A stretch of 64,000 nt of DNA from an uncultured bacterium (GCA_902780135.1 CACZEK010000005.1:130839-194838), one strand, 5' to 3'. Shown: positions 43,682 through 52,746, counted from the stretch's first letter. Notes: generated by a model not told the origin, from the sequence alone. A program made the numbers and translations.

Positions 43682-46600
43682 TCAAACCGCCGGGGTCGGG
43701 TCATTGTACTGCTTTGCGAGCTCCACGAGGGCGGCGAGGTCGAGCTTGCCGTTGCCGAGCATGGGGAGGGAATCCACGAGGATGAAGTTTTCCGCCTTAG
43801 GGATCCAGAGGTTCGGGATCTGGCGGTCCTTCAGCTGGCGGATCAGCTCTTCGGGCGCCAGGCGGCGCGCGTCGGTGTAGAAGACGATAAGCTTTTCGCC
43901 GTGCTTGGCGTCGGCGGCTCCGCAGACTGCCACGAGGCGTTCCTCCGGCTGGAGGATGTTGTTGATCTCGCGTTCGACCAGTTCGTGCGGGACCATTTCG
44001 CCGGCGATCTTGGAGAAGCGCGAGAGGCGGCCCGTGATGGTGATGAACCCGTTTCGGTTCATGTGCGCGATGTCGCCGGTCACGTACCAGCCGTCGCGGA
44101 TGACTTCGGCGGTCTTGCCGGGTTCGCCGAGATAGCCCTTCATCACGATCGCGCCCTTCACGATCATGAGTCCGTCGGTGTTTTCAGGCATGAGCTCGAA
44201 CGTGGACGGGTCGACGATCTTGGCGCAGATGCCGGGGAGCGGCGCGCCGATGCTGCCGGGCTTGGCGACCTCGACGCCGAGTTCCATGCGGGAGTTCGCG
44301 ACGTTGATGGAGACGACGGGGGAGAGCTCGGTGCAGCCATATCCCTCGGTGATCTCGAGTCCGGTGAGCTTGCGGAATTTCGCCGCGATGTCCTCGCGGA
44401 GGCGTTCCGCGCCGGTGATGGTGAGGCGGAGCGACTTGAAGTCCTCTGCCGTGCCCTTGCGCATGTAGAGCATGAGGAAACTGGGCGTGGCGACCACGAT
44501 GGAGATCTTCTGCTCGCGGATGACCTTCAGCGACATGGCGGCGTCGAGGGCGTTGGCGATGAAGACGGCGCGCGTGCCGGTGACGACCGGGAGCCACATG
44601 CAGACGGTGAGTCCGAAGGAGTGGAAGATCGGGAGGTTGCTGAGCACGCTGTCGGTCTTGCGCCAGCCGATCATGGCGGTCATGGCGGTGACGTCGGCGT
44701 TGATGTTGTGGTGCGTCAGCATGATGCCCTTCGGGATGCCGGTTGAGCCGCTGGAGAAGATGAGCACGGCGATGCGGTTGACGTCCTGCCAGCTCTTCGG
44801 CGAGACGAGCTTGATGAGCTCCTCGTGCGTGAGGAAGATGCAGGCGAGCAGCCAGATGTATTTCGAGCCCGGGCGTCCGATGTCGGCGGCGGCGTCCTCC
44901 AGGAACACCATTTCCGGCGTGGGCTTCATGCGGATCTTCTGGATGAAGACGCGGCTGGTCAGGATGTGCTTGATGTTCGCGATCTGAACGGCGTGCCGGT
45001 TGGCGGGGATGCCCGCGGTGAAGTTCATGACGGCGGGCTTGCGGTCCGCCATCAGGACGCCGGTGATCGTGCAGACGGCGGCGAGGCTGTTCGGCAGCAT
45101 CACGCCGACATACTCCTCGGATTCGTCGCAGAGACGGCGGATCCAGCGGCTGATGAGGATGGATTTCAGCATCAGCATGAAGAGCGGCGGGTTCTGGAGC
45201 CCGTGCGCGTCGTCGAACTGCTGGAGCGTGCGGCGGAACGGATGGTGCTTCGCCATCCACGCGAACTGGCTGTGGAAAGGGCGTTCGCCGCGTTCGGGGA
45301 TCAGCTCGGTGTCGGCGGCGAGCTCGGACAGGATGATGCGGATCTCGTACGCCGAGGTGTCGCGCGGGATCGGCTTGCCGACGGTCACGCTCGCCGGGTG
45401 CGGGAGTTCGTCCGGCCAGGTGAGCTTGAACTTGCCGTAGTAGCAGGAGAAGATGCTGCCCCAGGTCATGCCGATGCGGACCGGGATCACCGGGATCTCC
45501 GGCATGTCGTCCGGCATCATTTCGCCGACGCCGTCCTTGAAGCTGGACATCGTGCCGTTCTTCGTGATGTCGCCCTCCGGGAAGACGCACACGATCTCGC
45601 CCTGCCGGAGCAGTTCGCGCGTGTACTCCAGCTGCGCCTTCAGCTGCTTCGGCTTGTTCGACGGCACCGAGATGAACCCGGCGGACCGGAAGAGCGGACG
45701 CCAGAACGGCGCGTTGAAGTAGCTCTCGTGCATCATGAAGCGGATCGGCCGCGAGGTGCACGCCTGGATGAAGAAGATGTCGACGAAGCTCGCGCGGTTG
45801 CCGATCAGCAGCGCCGGGCCCTCTTCCGGCAGGTTCTCCACGCCGAACTTGCGGAGGCGGTACAGCGTGCAGAGCAGCCCGCGCATCAGCGCGCGGAGGA
45901 GGAACTGCGGCATGATGTAGAACGACGTCGCGCCCAGGATGATCGTCAGGCACGCCAGGATCAGCGTGATCGAGAAAATGGACAGTCCGTAGTAGTACAT
46001 CAGGAACGACATGAGGATCGTCAGCAGGATTCCGGCGGCGAACGGCAGATAGAACCAGCTGAAGAACGGCGGGATCAGCTCGTGCCGGATGAAGTATTTC
46101 TGGTACGCCTCGAGCGGGACCAGCATGACGCCCGCGAAGAACCCGAAGACGAACAGCAGGAGCATCAGCAGGCCGCCGCCCGTGTACTGGTCCGGGAACA
46201 GCGGCAGCAGCCCGATCAGCAGCGCGGCGAGCGTCATCATCACGGTCGACGGCGGCACGAGGCCGATCTCGATCATGTCGCCGGAAAGTTTGCCCGCCGC
46301 CAGGCAGCCGAGCACCGCGCCGACCACGGGCGCGGCGATGATCGAGTACAGGAAGATGTCGCTGCCGGACACCCCCGTCCCCGCGAACTGCACCGAAATA
46401 TACTGCATCGCCATGGAGGAGATCAGGATGATCGAGGCGAAAATATAGCCCTCGCCGATCCCCGTCAGCGCCAGCTCGCGGTACCGCTGCTGGAGCTTGA
46501 ACGCCGTCACCCACTGCTGTTTCAGGTCGCGGAACCGCAGTTTCCGGCAGAACGACTGGTTCGGGTTCAGGTGCGACGACAGAAGCAGGTTCAACGTCGC

Positions 46601-47209
46601 GAGCGCGACGCCCGCCGCTCCGACCGCCGCGGTGTTCGAAATGAAGTGGATGCAGAAGACCGCCGAAACCGTGCCGATGATGATGCCGAGGAACGTCATG
46701 GACTCCACGATGCCCGCGTTGCGCGAGAGCTCCTTCTTGTCGGCGGCGTCCGCCAGATAGATCTTCAGCGCGGGACGGTAAAAGGAGAAGACCACGCCCA
46801 TGCAGGCGGCGAAGATCAGCAGAGGCGCCGGGCCGAGTTTTCTCACCGGCGCCAGGAAGAAGCTCCCCGCGAGGATCAGGAAGATCTCCACGGCGCGGCT
46901 GAACACCACCACGTTGCGAGCGGAAAACCGCGTGCACAGGAACTGGCAGAACACGCTCGTGAACAGGAACGGCGCAGTATAAACGGCCGCGACCAGAAGC
47001 ACGTTCAGCGCCTGGCGGCTGAAGACCGGGACCGCCTGATTGATAAGAAGCGCGGAATAGGCGCAAACATAGACGGGGATCAGCGCGCTCAGCAGAGCCA
47101 CGCCGCCGACGATGCCCTTGTTGACAGGCTGCCTGGGGAATTCGTTTCCGTTCATGCTCCGGCGCTCCGGTCCGGACGGACCTGTTGACGGGGGGTTCTG
47201 TTCCGGCAT
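43682..47209 (-). CDS. Triple fusion: LplT-like MFS lysophospholipid transporter + PlsC-type acyltransferase + acyl-ACP synthetase (Aas-like)
   Basis: About 430 aa of N-terminal TM helices. Acyltransferase motifs GNRASFVD (His replaced by Arg) and VFPEGDITKNG. AMP-binding core LIFSSGSTGIPKGIMLTHHN, YGCTE, GDIAHMNRNGFITITGR. Confidence 0.88.
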   Translation of the reverse strand: MPEQNPPSTGPSGPERRSMNGNEFPRQPVNKGIVGGVALLSALIPVYVCAYSALLINQAVPVFSRQALNVLLVAAVYTAPFLFTSVFCQFLCTRFSARNVVVFSRAVEIFLILAGSFFLAPVRKLGPAPLLIFAACMGVVFSFYRPALKIYLADAADKKELSRNAGIVESMTFLGIIIGTVSAVFCIHFISNTAAVGAAGVALATLNLLLSSHLNPNQSFCRKLRFRDLKQQWVTAFKLQQRYRELALTGIGEGYIFASIILISSMAMQYISVQFAGTGVSGSDIFLYSIIAAPVVGAVLGCLAAGKLSGDMIEIGLVPPSTVMMTLAALLIGLLPLFPDQYTGGGLLMLLLFVFGFFAGVMLVPLEAYQKYFIRHELIPPFFSWFYLPFAAGILLTILMSFLMYYYGLSIFSITLILACLTIILGATSFYIMPQFLLRALMRGLLCTLYRLRKFGVENLPEEGPALLIGNRASFVDIFFIQACTSRPIRFMMHESYFNAPFWRPLFRSAGFISVPSNKPKQLKAQLEYTRELLRQGEIVCVFPEGDITKNGTMSSFKDGVGEMMPDDMPEIPVIPVRIGMTWGSIFSCYYGKFKLTWPDELPHPASVTVGKPIPRDTSAYEIRIILSELAADTELIPERGERPFHSQFAWMAKHHPFRRTLQQFDDAHGLQNPPLFMLMLKSILISRWIRRLCDESEEYVGVMLPNSLAAVCTITGVLMADRKPAVMNFTAGIPANRHAVQIANIKHILTSRVFIQKIRMKPTPEMVFLEDAAADIGRPGSKYIWLLACIFLTHEELIKLVSPKSWQDVNRIAVLIFSSGSTGIPKGIMLTHHNINADVTAMTAMIGWRKTDSVLSNLPIFHSFGLTVCMWLPVVTGTRAVFIANALDAAMSLKVIREQKISIVVATPSFLMLYMRKGTAEDFKSLRLTITGAERLREDIAAKFRKLTGLEITEGYGCTELSPVVSINVANSRMELGVEVAKPGSIGAPLPGICAKIVDPSTFELMPENTDGLMIVKGAIVMKGYLGEPGKTAEVIRDGWYVTGDIAHMNRNGFITITGRLSRFSKIAGEMVPHELVEREINNILQPEERLVAVCGAADAKHGEKLIVFYTDARRLAPEELIRQLKDRQIPNLWIPKAENFILVDSLPMLGNGKLDLAALVELAKQYNDPTPAV

Positions 47210-47341
47210 GCGGCGGATTCGTGTATGGATGGGTGCATAAGGCGCATGATCGTGTCCATATAGTTTTTGACGGTATCGTTTCGGGTGCAGGAAACCGTTT
47301 GCGACCGGAACAGGCTTCCGTTCCGAACAAACGCATTAAAT

Positions 47342-47370
47342 AATATAGCACGCGCGAGGCCCTTTTTCAA
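47342..47370 (-). promoter_or_regulatory. sigma70-like promoter for the aas-like gene
   Basis: Reverse strand: TTGAAA (47370-47365), 17-nt spacer, TATATT (47347-47342). The perfect palindrome tttgcgcaaa lies just upstream at 47375-47384 and is a candidate MarR operator. Confidence 0.45.
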
Positions 47371-47582
47371 TACCTTTGCGCAAAAATAATTGAGCAAAGT
47401 AACAACTATCCGGGAAATAAATTCGGAATTGATAATTTTTTATTTGCATAAACATAAAAAACGGGCGGAAACGGCAAAAAAACCGAAAAAAAGAGAAACA
47501 TGATACAATAAAACGTCATCAAAAAACGTTAGAGTTCTGAACAAACACGCCCCGAAACCCCATCGCTAGCAAGGAAAACACA

Positions 47583-48059
47583 ATGTCAGTCACGAACAGA
47601 CCGAAAACGGCATGGACCATGCTCTTCCGGGTCGTCGACCGTCTGCGCGCGAAAAGCGCACGCAACGTCGCGATCCCGAACATGAAAATCACGCTTGGCA
47701 AGATGCGCATCATCAACTATCTCTTTGTCCGCGAAGGCGAACCGCCGATGGTCAAGGAAATCGCCGAAATGTTCGGGCTGACCTCCGGCGCCGTCTCCCA
47801 GACGGTCGACGCGCTTGCCGCCGACGGCGTCGTGGAGCGCATCCCGTCCTCCGTCGACCGCCGGTCCGTGCACGTCTCGCTGACGCCGTTCGGGAAGAGC
47901 ATCCGCAAGCAGCTGGAAGCGTACCTGAACGACGTGATGACCGGGATCCTGGACGAAGTGCCGGAGGAAAAACAGGAGGCGTTCCTGGAAGTCCTTCAGG
48001 ACATGTCCGAGACGTTCACCGAGACCCAGCGCATCGCCCGCGAATCCATCAAGCGCTGA
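47583..48059 (+). CDS. MarR-family transcriptional regulator
   Basis: Winged-helix core MVKEIAEMFGLTSGAVSQTVDALAADGVVERIPSSVDRRSVHVSLTPFG. Divergent from the lipid gene. Confidence 0.85.
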   Translation: MSVTNRPKTAWTMLFRVVDRLRAKSARNVAIPNMKITLGKMRIINYLFVREGEPPMVKEIAEMFGLTSGAVSQTVDALAADGVVERIPSSVDRRSVHVSLTPFGKSIRKQLEAYLNDVMTGILDEVPEEKQEAFLEVLQDMSETFTETQRIARESIKR

Positions 48060-48100
48060 CGGCGCGCCCTTCCCCGTACATCATTTCCCTGTAAAAAGAC

Positions 48101-48132
48101 AACGGCTCCTCCGCGTGGAAGAGCCGTTTTTT
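48101..48132. terminator. Bidirectional terminator between marR and the thioesterase gene
   Basis: aacggctc-(12 nt)-gagccgtt, with T6 on the + strand and cttttt on the - strand. Confidence 0.5.
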
Positions 48133-48157
48133 CATGCCGTGTGAGGGAAAAGCTTTT

Positions 48158-48883
48158 TTACTTTTGGGGAGCCGTGGAGAACTCGAAGACGGTGCAGACG
48201 CCGGACCCGTTCGACAGCGTGAACGTGAGGCCGCCGGGGGCGGGCGCGTCGCGGTACAGGGCGGGGGTGATGAGTTCGCCGGGCCGCGCCTGCGCCTTGT
48301 ATTCGAGGCGGAGGCGGTCGAACTTGAAATCCGCCGGGAGATACTCCATGGTCTCGTCGAGGGAACGGTTGCTGTTGAAGTGCCCGAACATGTCGGCCTG
48401 GTGCTCCTTGACGCGGAACGGCGCGAGGAGTTCCGGCTCCCGCGCCGGGAGCGCGATCTTGCGGGAGAGGTACTCCATGGGAAGCGGGGCGTCGAACCGG
48501 AGATCGCGGACGATCTGCGCGGGGACCTTGCCGGGGCGTCCGGACGCGCGGTCGACGAACGCTCCGATGGCGGCGCAGAGGACGCAGATCCGTCCATTGT
48601 CGTCGCAGATGGCGGTGTTGCGGAAACCGAAGAAGTTCCTGCAGTCGTAGACATTGGTGCGGACCGTCAGGTGTTCGCCGTAGGCGGGGAGCCGGATGAC
48701 CTCCACCTGCCGGAACGCCAGGAAGACCGCGATGCCGTTGTTGCGCAGATACACGGAGAAATCGTCCTCGGAATCCATCTGGAAGCACTCGCATTCCAGG
48801 AGATAGTCGAGGGCATGGCTGAGGCGCAGGCAGCCGCCGGGCGCGGTGTCGCTGATGGCGACGGTTCGTTCGATCTGAAACAT
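48158..48883 (-). CDS. Acyl-ACP thioesterase-like protein
   Basis: 241 aa double hot-dog layout. RLSHALDYLLECECFQM... and a second half starting FRVKEHQADMFGHFNSN resemble the FatA/FatB-type bacterial thioesterases. Confidence 0.7.
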   Translation of the reverse strand: MFQIERTVAISDTAPGGCLRLSHALDYLLECECFQMDSEDDFSVYLRNNGIAVFLAFRQVEVIRLPAYGEHLTVRTNVYDCRNFFGFRNTAICDDNGRICVLCAAIGAFVDRASGRPGKVPAQIVRDLRFDAPLPMEYLSRKIALPAREPELLAPFRVKEHQADMFGHFNSNRSLDETMEYLPADFKFDRLRLEYKAQARPGELITPALYRDAPAPGGLTFTLSNGSGVCTVFEFSTAPQK

Positions 48884-48924
48884 ATCGTTCCTTCGTTGCG
48901 GTTCCGGACAAAACCGGAATGCCG

Positions 48925-49983
48925 TCAGTTGGATTTTGCGGCCGGACCGTCCGCGGAGAAGGGCTTCGCGGTCCAGTCGACGGAATCCATGTCGGCGAAG
49001 AACTCGGCGAGGCGCGTCGCGGCGGTGTCGTAATCCTTCAGGATCAGGCCCTTGTCCGGGATGCTGGACTGGCGGACCTGCTTGAATGCGTCATTGTCGT
49101 TCAGGCGGCTGCTCGCCTGCTGCGCCTGGTCCACTGCCTTCACGTATTCCACAAACCTGCTGTAAACGCGGGCGAGGCGTTCGGACTCGGTCCCGGCGGA
49201 AACGGTTTTGCCGGGGAAATACGCCCGGTAGACCGGCTGGATCTGGACCGCGAGCTGGGACATGCGCTTGAGGCGTTTCTCGAAATCGGCGCGCCAGGCC
49301 GGGACGTCGATGAGCGAATCGAAATGCTCGTAGGAAGCGTTGAAATACTCCACGTCGCGCTTGAACTCCAGGTACGGCAGGATCTTTCTGAACCGGGAAG
49401 AGACCGAATACTTGCCGCTGCGGAGCCCGAACCCGAGAGAGGAAAGCGTCTGGACGGCGTTTCCCGCCATGCGGAAGGAGAATCCGGCGGAGGACCGGCT
49501 CTGCGCGGAACCGGATCCGCCGCTTCCGGACGAGCCGAGCCCGGCATAATCGCTGAGCGACTGGCCGGTGATGCGGGACAGCGGGTCGTTCGCCTTCGCC
49601 ACGTTGGATTTGTTCCGGTCCCGGCTGTTCCCCTTCTGATTCGAGGACGTCTCCGCGGCGGTCTGGACGGGCGCCTGGAACGCCGTGCGGATATTCCGGG
49701 CATGCGCGGCGGGATTGAGATCCTCGCCGATGCCGAGGTCCTTGACGATCCCCTGCAGGGTGTTCGCGTCGCTGACGAACCGGTCGAGCGTCCCGATGTA
49801 TTCCTGGCGGAACGCGGAGGAGACGCCGGACTCGCGCGCCTCGGCGAATCCGCTCATGACGACAAGCAGTTCGCGGTCGAAGCGCGCCAGGATGTCTTCC
49901 TTCTCATCGGCGGCGGACGCCGTTCCGGCGAACAGCGCGGCGACGGCGGCGAGGACCGGGACCAACAAATTCAATCGCTTCAT
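48925..49983 (-). CDS. Secreted protein of unknown function (352 aa)
   Basis: AGGAGGAG RBS. Signal peptide MKRLNLLVPVLAAVAALFAGTASA. Central Ser/Gly-rich disordered stretch. Its ATG overlaps the stop of the upstream small ORF (ATGA). Confidence 0.7.
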   Translation of the reverse strand: MKRLNLLVPVLAAVAALFAGTASAADEKEDILARFDRELLVVMSGFAEARESGVSSAFRQEYIGTLDRFVSDANTLQGIVKDLGIGEDLNPAAHARNIRTAFQAPVQTAAETSSNQKGNSRDRNKSNVAKANDPLSRITGQSLSDYAGLGSSGSGGSGSAQSRSSAGFSFRMAGNAVQTLSSLGFGLRSGKYSVSSRFRKILPYLEFKRDVEYFNASYEHFDSLIDVPAWRADFEKRLKRMSQLAVQIQPVYRAYFPGKTVSAGTESERLARVYSRFVEYVKAVDQAQQASSRLNDNDAFKQVRQSSIPDKGLILKDYDTAATRLAEFFADMDSVDWTAKPFSADGPAAKSN

Positions 49984-50207
49984 GTCAAGTCTCCTCCTGA
50001 TTGCTTTGAACGGTTTTTCGACGGTTTGTTCCGCACAGAGGCAAGGTCAGCCTTTCTTTTCCTGACAAGGTATCTTGCGGAAACCAGTTTGGGATTCCCG
50101 TGCTTGTCTCCGATGACGACTTTGAGGCCGAGTTTTGCATCGTGTTCCAGCATTTCATCCACGGCTTCCTGCATGGCTTCAACAGCCTTTCTTGCTTCTT
50201 CACTCAT
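49980..50207 (-). CDS. Small (75 aa) protein, candidate partner/antitoxin of the zeta-like kinase
   Basis: MSEEARKAVEAMQEAVDEMLEHDAKLGLKVVIGD..., with a basic C-terminus. Its start overlaps the kinase stop by 8 nt (ATGAGTGA). Low-GC like the kinase gene. Confidence 0.55.
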   Translation of the reverse strand: MSEEARKAVEAMQEAVDEMLEHDAKLGLKVVIGDKHGNPKLVSARYLVRKRKADLASVRNKPSKNRSKQSGGDLT

Positions 50208-50790
50208 GATTCAAGACTCCTTGTATTGCTGAAAAACGTTCTTTATCCTGAATGTCCGGCGGTTGACCGCATGTTTTTTCGAAGATCAGAACAACCTGGT
50301 TCCCGGTATTGTCAAAACACATCGTCCTGTCACAGACATCGGCGTAGGCGAACAGGTTCCGGATGCTCCGCGGATAACGCCTCACGATGTCTTCCGGCGG
50401 GATGTCATGTCCGCCTTTCAGAACGCGCTGGCGGACTCTTTGCGCGGAAAACGCGATGCCCGGGATGTAAAGGTAAAGCAGAGTAACGTTCCATCCGGCG
50501 TGGCGCCATTCCCTGATGCGAGGCAGATAGGTGCGCCCGGAAAGCGTGGTCTCGAACGCGAAATCCTTCCGTTCGGCGTTTTTTCGGTTCAGAGTCTCCA
50601 GAAATATCTTGCCCGCCCTCAGCAACCCCGCCTCGAAATCGAGCGGGGAAAGCCCTTTGGCGATCTCGTCGGCGTTGATGAAGTCATAACAGGACACGAT
50701 CCGCGGCAGATACTTCAGCGCAAAAGTGGTCTTCCCGGCCCCGTTCGGACCGGCGATCACATAGCAATGAGGCTGTTTTTCACGTTTCAT
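50200..50790 (-). CDS. Zeta-toxin-like P-loop kinase (COG4185-type)
   Basis: Walker A IAGPNGAGKTT, INADEIA, FETTLSG, and the family-typical RVRQRVLKGGHDIPPEDIVRRYPRS. Confidence 0.8.
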   Translation of the reverse strand: MKREKQPHCYVIAGPNGAGKTTFALKYLPRIVSCYDFINADEIAKGLSPLDFEAGLLRAGKIFLETLNRKNAERKDFAFETTLSGRTYLPRIREWRHAGWNVTLLYLYIPGIAFSAQRVRQRVLKGGHDIPPEDIVRRYPRSIRNLFAYADVCDRTMCFDNTGNQVVLIFEKTCGQPPDIQDKERFSAIQGVLNHE

Positions 50791-50820
50791 GCGTTCTCCT
50801 CCGCCGCGGGGCGCACGGTC

Positions 50821-51300
50821 TTACTGCGCTTTGTCCTCCTTGCCGGGGAGCGCGCGGAGGATGACGCCGGCCTCCTGCAGGATCCTGCGTGCGGTGCCGT
50901 CGATGGAATAATGCTCGTTGAAGACGACCTCGGCGATGCCGCCGTTGATGATCATTTTCGCGCAGAGGAGGCAGGGGCTGAACGTGGTGTAGAGCGTGGC
51001 GCCCTTGATGGAGATGCCGTGGTAGGCGGCCTGCACGATGGCGTTCTCCTCGCCGTGGGAGCAGAGGCATTCCTCCAGCGCGGTGCCGGACGGGGCGTTG
51101 GAATTGCAGCGCGGGCAGCCGCCCTCGTTGCAGTTCTTGATGCCGCGCGGGGTGCCGTTGTAGCCGGTGGAGATGATGCGCTTGTCCTTCACGATGACGG
51201 CCGCGACGTGCCTGCGGCTGCAGTTGCTGCGCGCGGCGACGACCTTCGCGATCTCCATGAAATACTCGTCCCAGTCGGGTCTGTCCTGTTGGCTGCTCAT
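50821..51300 (-). CDS. Deoxycytidylate (dCMP) deaminase
   Basis: WDEYFMEIAKVVAARSNC, zinc motifs HGEENA and SPCLLCAKMI. Confidence 0.9.
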   Translation of the reverse strand: MSSQQDRPDWDEYFMEIAKVVAARSNCSRRHVAAVIVKDKRIISTGYNGTPRGIKNCNEGGCPRCNSNAPSGTALEECLCSHGEENAIVQAAYHGISIKGATLYTTFSPCLLCAKMIINGGIAEVVFNEHYSIDGTARRILQEAGVILRALPGKEDKAQ

Positions 51301-51336
51301 TTCGGGGGTCCTCCTGTTATGCGGGGAAGAAAACGG

Positions 51337-52746
51337 TCATGCCTGGTGTTCGACGAATTCGCGGTGGAGCGCCTTCTGGGCGCATTCGAACTGCTCGCGC
51401 TCGATGACAAACTGGATGTTCACCTGGCGGATGGTCTGGTCGATGGCGAGCACGTTGACCCCTGCGGCGGACAGCGCGTTCGCGGCGCGCGCGAGGAATC
51501 CGGGGATCTTCATGTTGGAGCCGATGACGGAGACGATGGCAACCTTGGTCACGTGGATTTCGGCGTTCGGGAAGTCGCGGTGGATGCTTTCGAGGCAGTT
51601 GTTCAGGCGCTTGCTCTTCTCCGGCACGAAATGCGCGATCGTGTTCGCGTTCGTGGTCTTGGCGATGTAGTCGATGTCGCGGTCGGCGAGGTGCTTCGTG
51701 AGGCGGTAGTCGTAGCCGGGCTCGCCGACCATTTCCGGGTCGAACACCTCGACGCCGAGCATGTCGGCGCGTCCGCAGATCATTTCGACGCGCGGGTTCG
51801 GGGAGACGTATTCGCGGCTGATGAGGGTGCCGGGGTGCTTCGGGTCGAACGCGTTCTTCACGCGGATCGGGATGCCCTTCATCTCCATTTCCTTGGCGGC
51901 CTTCGAGTGGATCGCCTCCATGCCCATGTCGGAGAGCTGGTCGGCGATGTCGAAGTTGGTGTTGCCGATGACCTGGACCTTGTCGATGCCCATGAGCTTC
52001 GGATCGCCGGTCGACAGGTGGAATTCCTTGTGGATGATGCCCTCGCGGGCGCCGGTGAGCACGGCGATCTTGCTGAACGTGATCTCGCTGTAGCCGCGGT
52101 CGAACCGGAGCATGATGCCGGGGTCGAACTTCACGTAGCCGGTCACGACCGGGAGCTCGGCGGAGAAGTCGACGCCCTCGAACCCGGCGAGGATCGCCTC
52201 GTCGAGCGTGCGGGACTCGGTGGAACGCCAGCCGGAAAGGTCGATGAAGTGCGCGTTGATGCCGTTCGCCTTCAGGATCTGGACGGAGTTCCACGCGCTG
52301 TGGACCTCGCCGACTGCGGCGAGGAATTCGCGGGTCATGGGCAGGTAGTCGCCGGGGCGCATGAACCCGTAGGAACGCATGTCCTCCAGGTCCTGCAGGA
52401 ACTTGCTGATGTCGTCGAGGCGGCCGTTGATGAACTCGTTCGCCTTCTTCACGTTCAGGCCGAGGAACCCGAACTCCTGGTTGTAGTCGAGCATTTTCTC
52501 GCGGACGCGGGCGAGGGCCTCGCGCCATTCGCCGCTGCCCGCGGTGAAGTGCCCGTAGACGCCGGGCGCGCCGGTCTTCTTGTCCTCCAGCAGGAGGTTC
52601 GTGATGCCGGAATAGGCGGAGACGACGAAGATGCGGTTGTACATGTCGGCGGGGGTGTGGTCGGCGATGATGACGTTCTGCATGATCTCGCCGAAGCGGG
52701 ACATGCTGGTCCCGCCGATCTTTTCAACGGTGTGGTTCATGTTCAA
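51337..52746 (-). CDS. Aspartate kinase
   Basis: VEKIGGTSM and VVSAYSGITNLL, with two C-terminal ACT-like regions. 4-nt overlap with hom. Confidence 0.88.
   Translation of the reverse strand: MNMNHTVEKIGGTSMSRFGEIMQNVIIADHTPADMYNRIFVVSAYSGITNLLLEDKKTGAPGVYGHFTAGSGEWREALARVREKMLDYNQEFGFLGLNVKKANEFINGRLDDISKFLQDLEDMRSYGFMRPGDYLPMTREFLAAVGEVHSAWNSVQILKANGINAHFIDLSGWRSTESRTLDEAILAGFEGVDFSAELPVVTGYVKFDPGIMLRFDRGYSEITFSKIAVLTGAREGIIHKEFHLSTGDPKLMGIDKVQVIGNTNFDIADQLSDMGMEAIHSKAAKEMEMKGIPIRVKNAFDPKHPGTLISREYVSPNPRVEMICGRADMLGVEVFDPEMVGEPGYDYRLTKHLADRDIDYIAKTTNANTIAHFVPEKSKRLNNCLESIHRDFPNAEIHVTKVAIVSVIGSNMKIPGFLARAANALSAAGVNVLAIDQTIRQVNIQFVIEREQFECAQKALHREFVEHQA

Noticed and set aside
44184-47351. 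1055-aa (-) and 787-aa (+, 44825-47188) ORFs overlapping the aas-like gene
   Set aside because: These are shadow frames. Their translations are Arg/Pro/His-rich, while the third frame carries the AMP-ligase and acyltransferase motifs.
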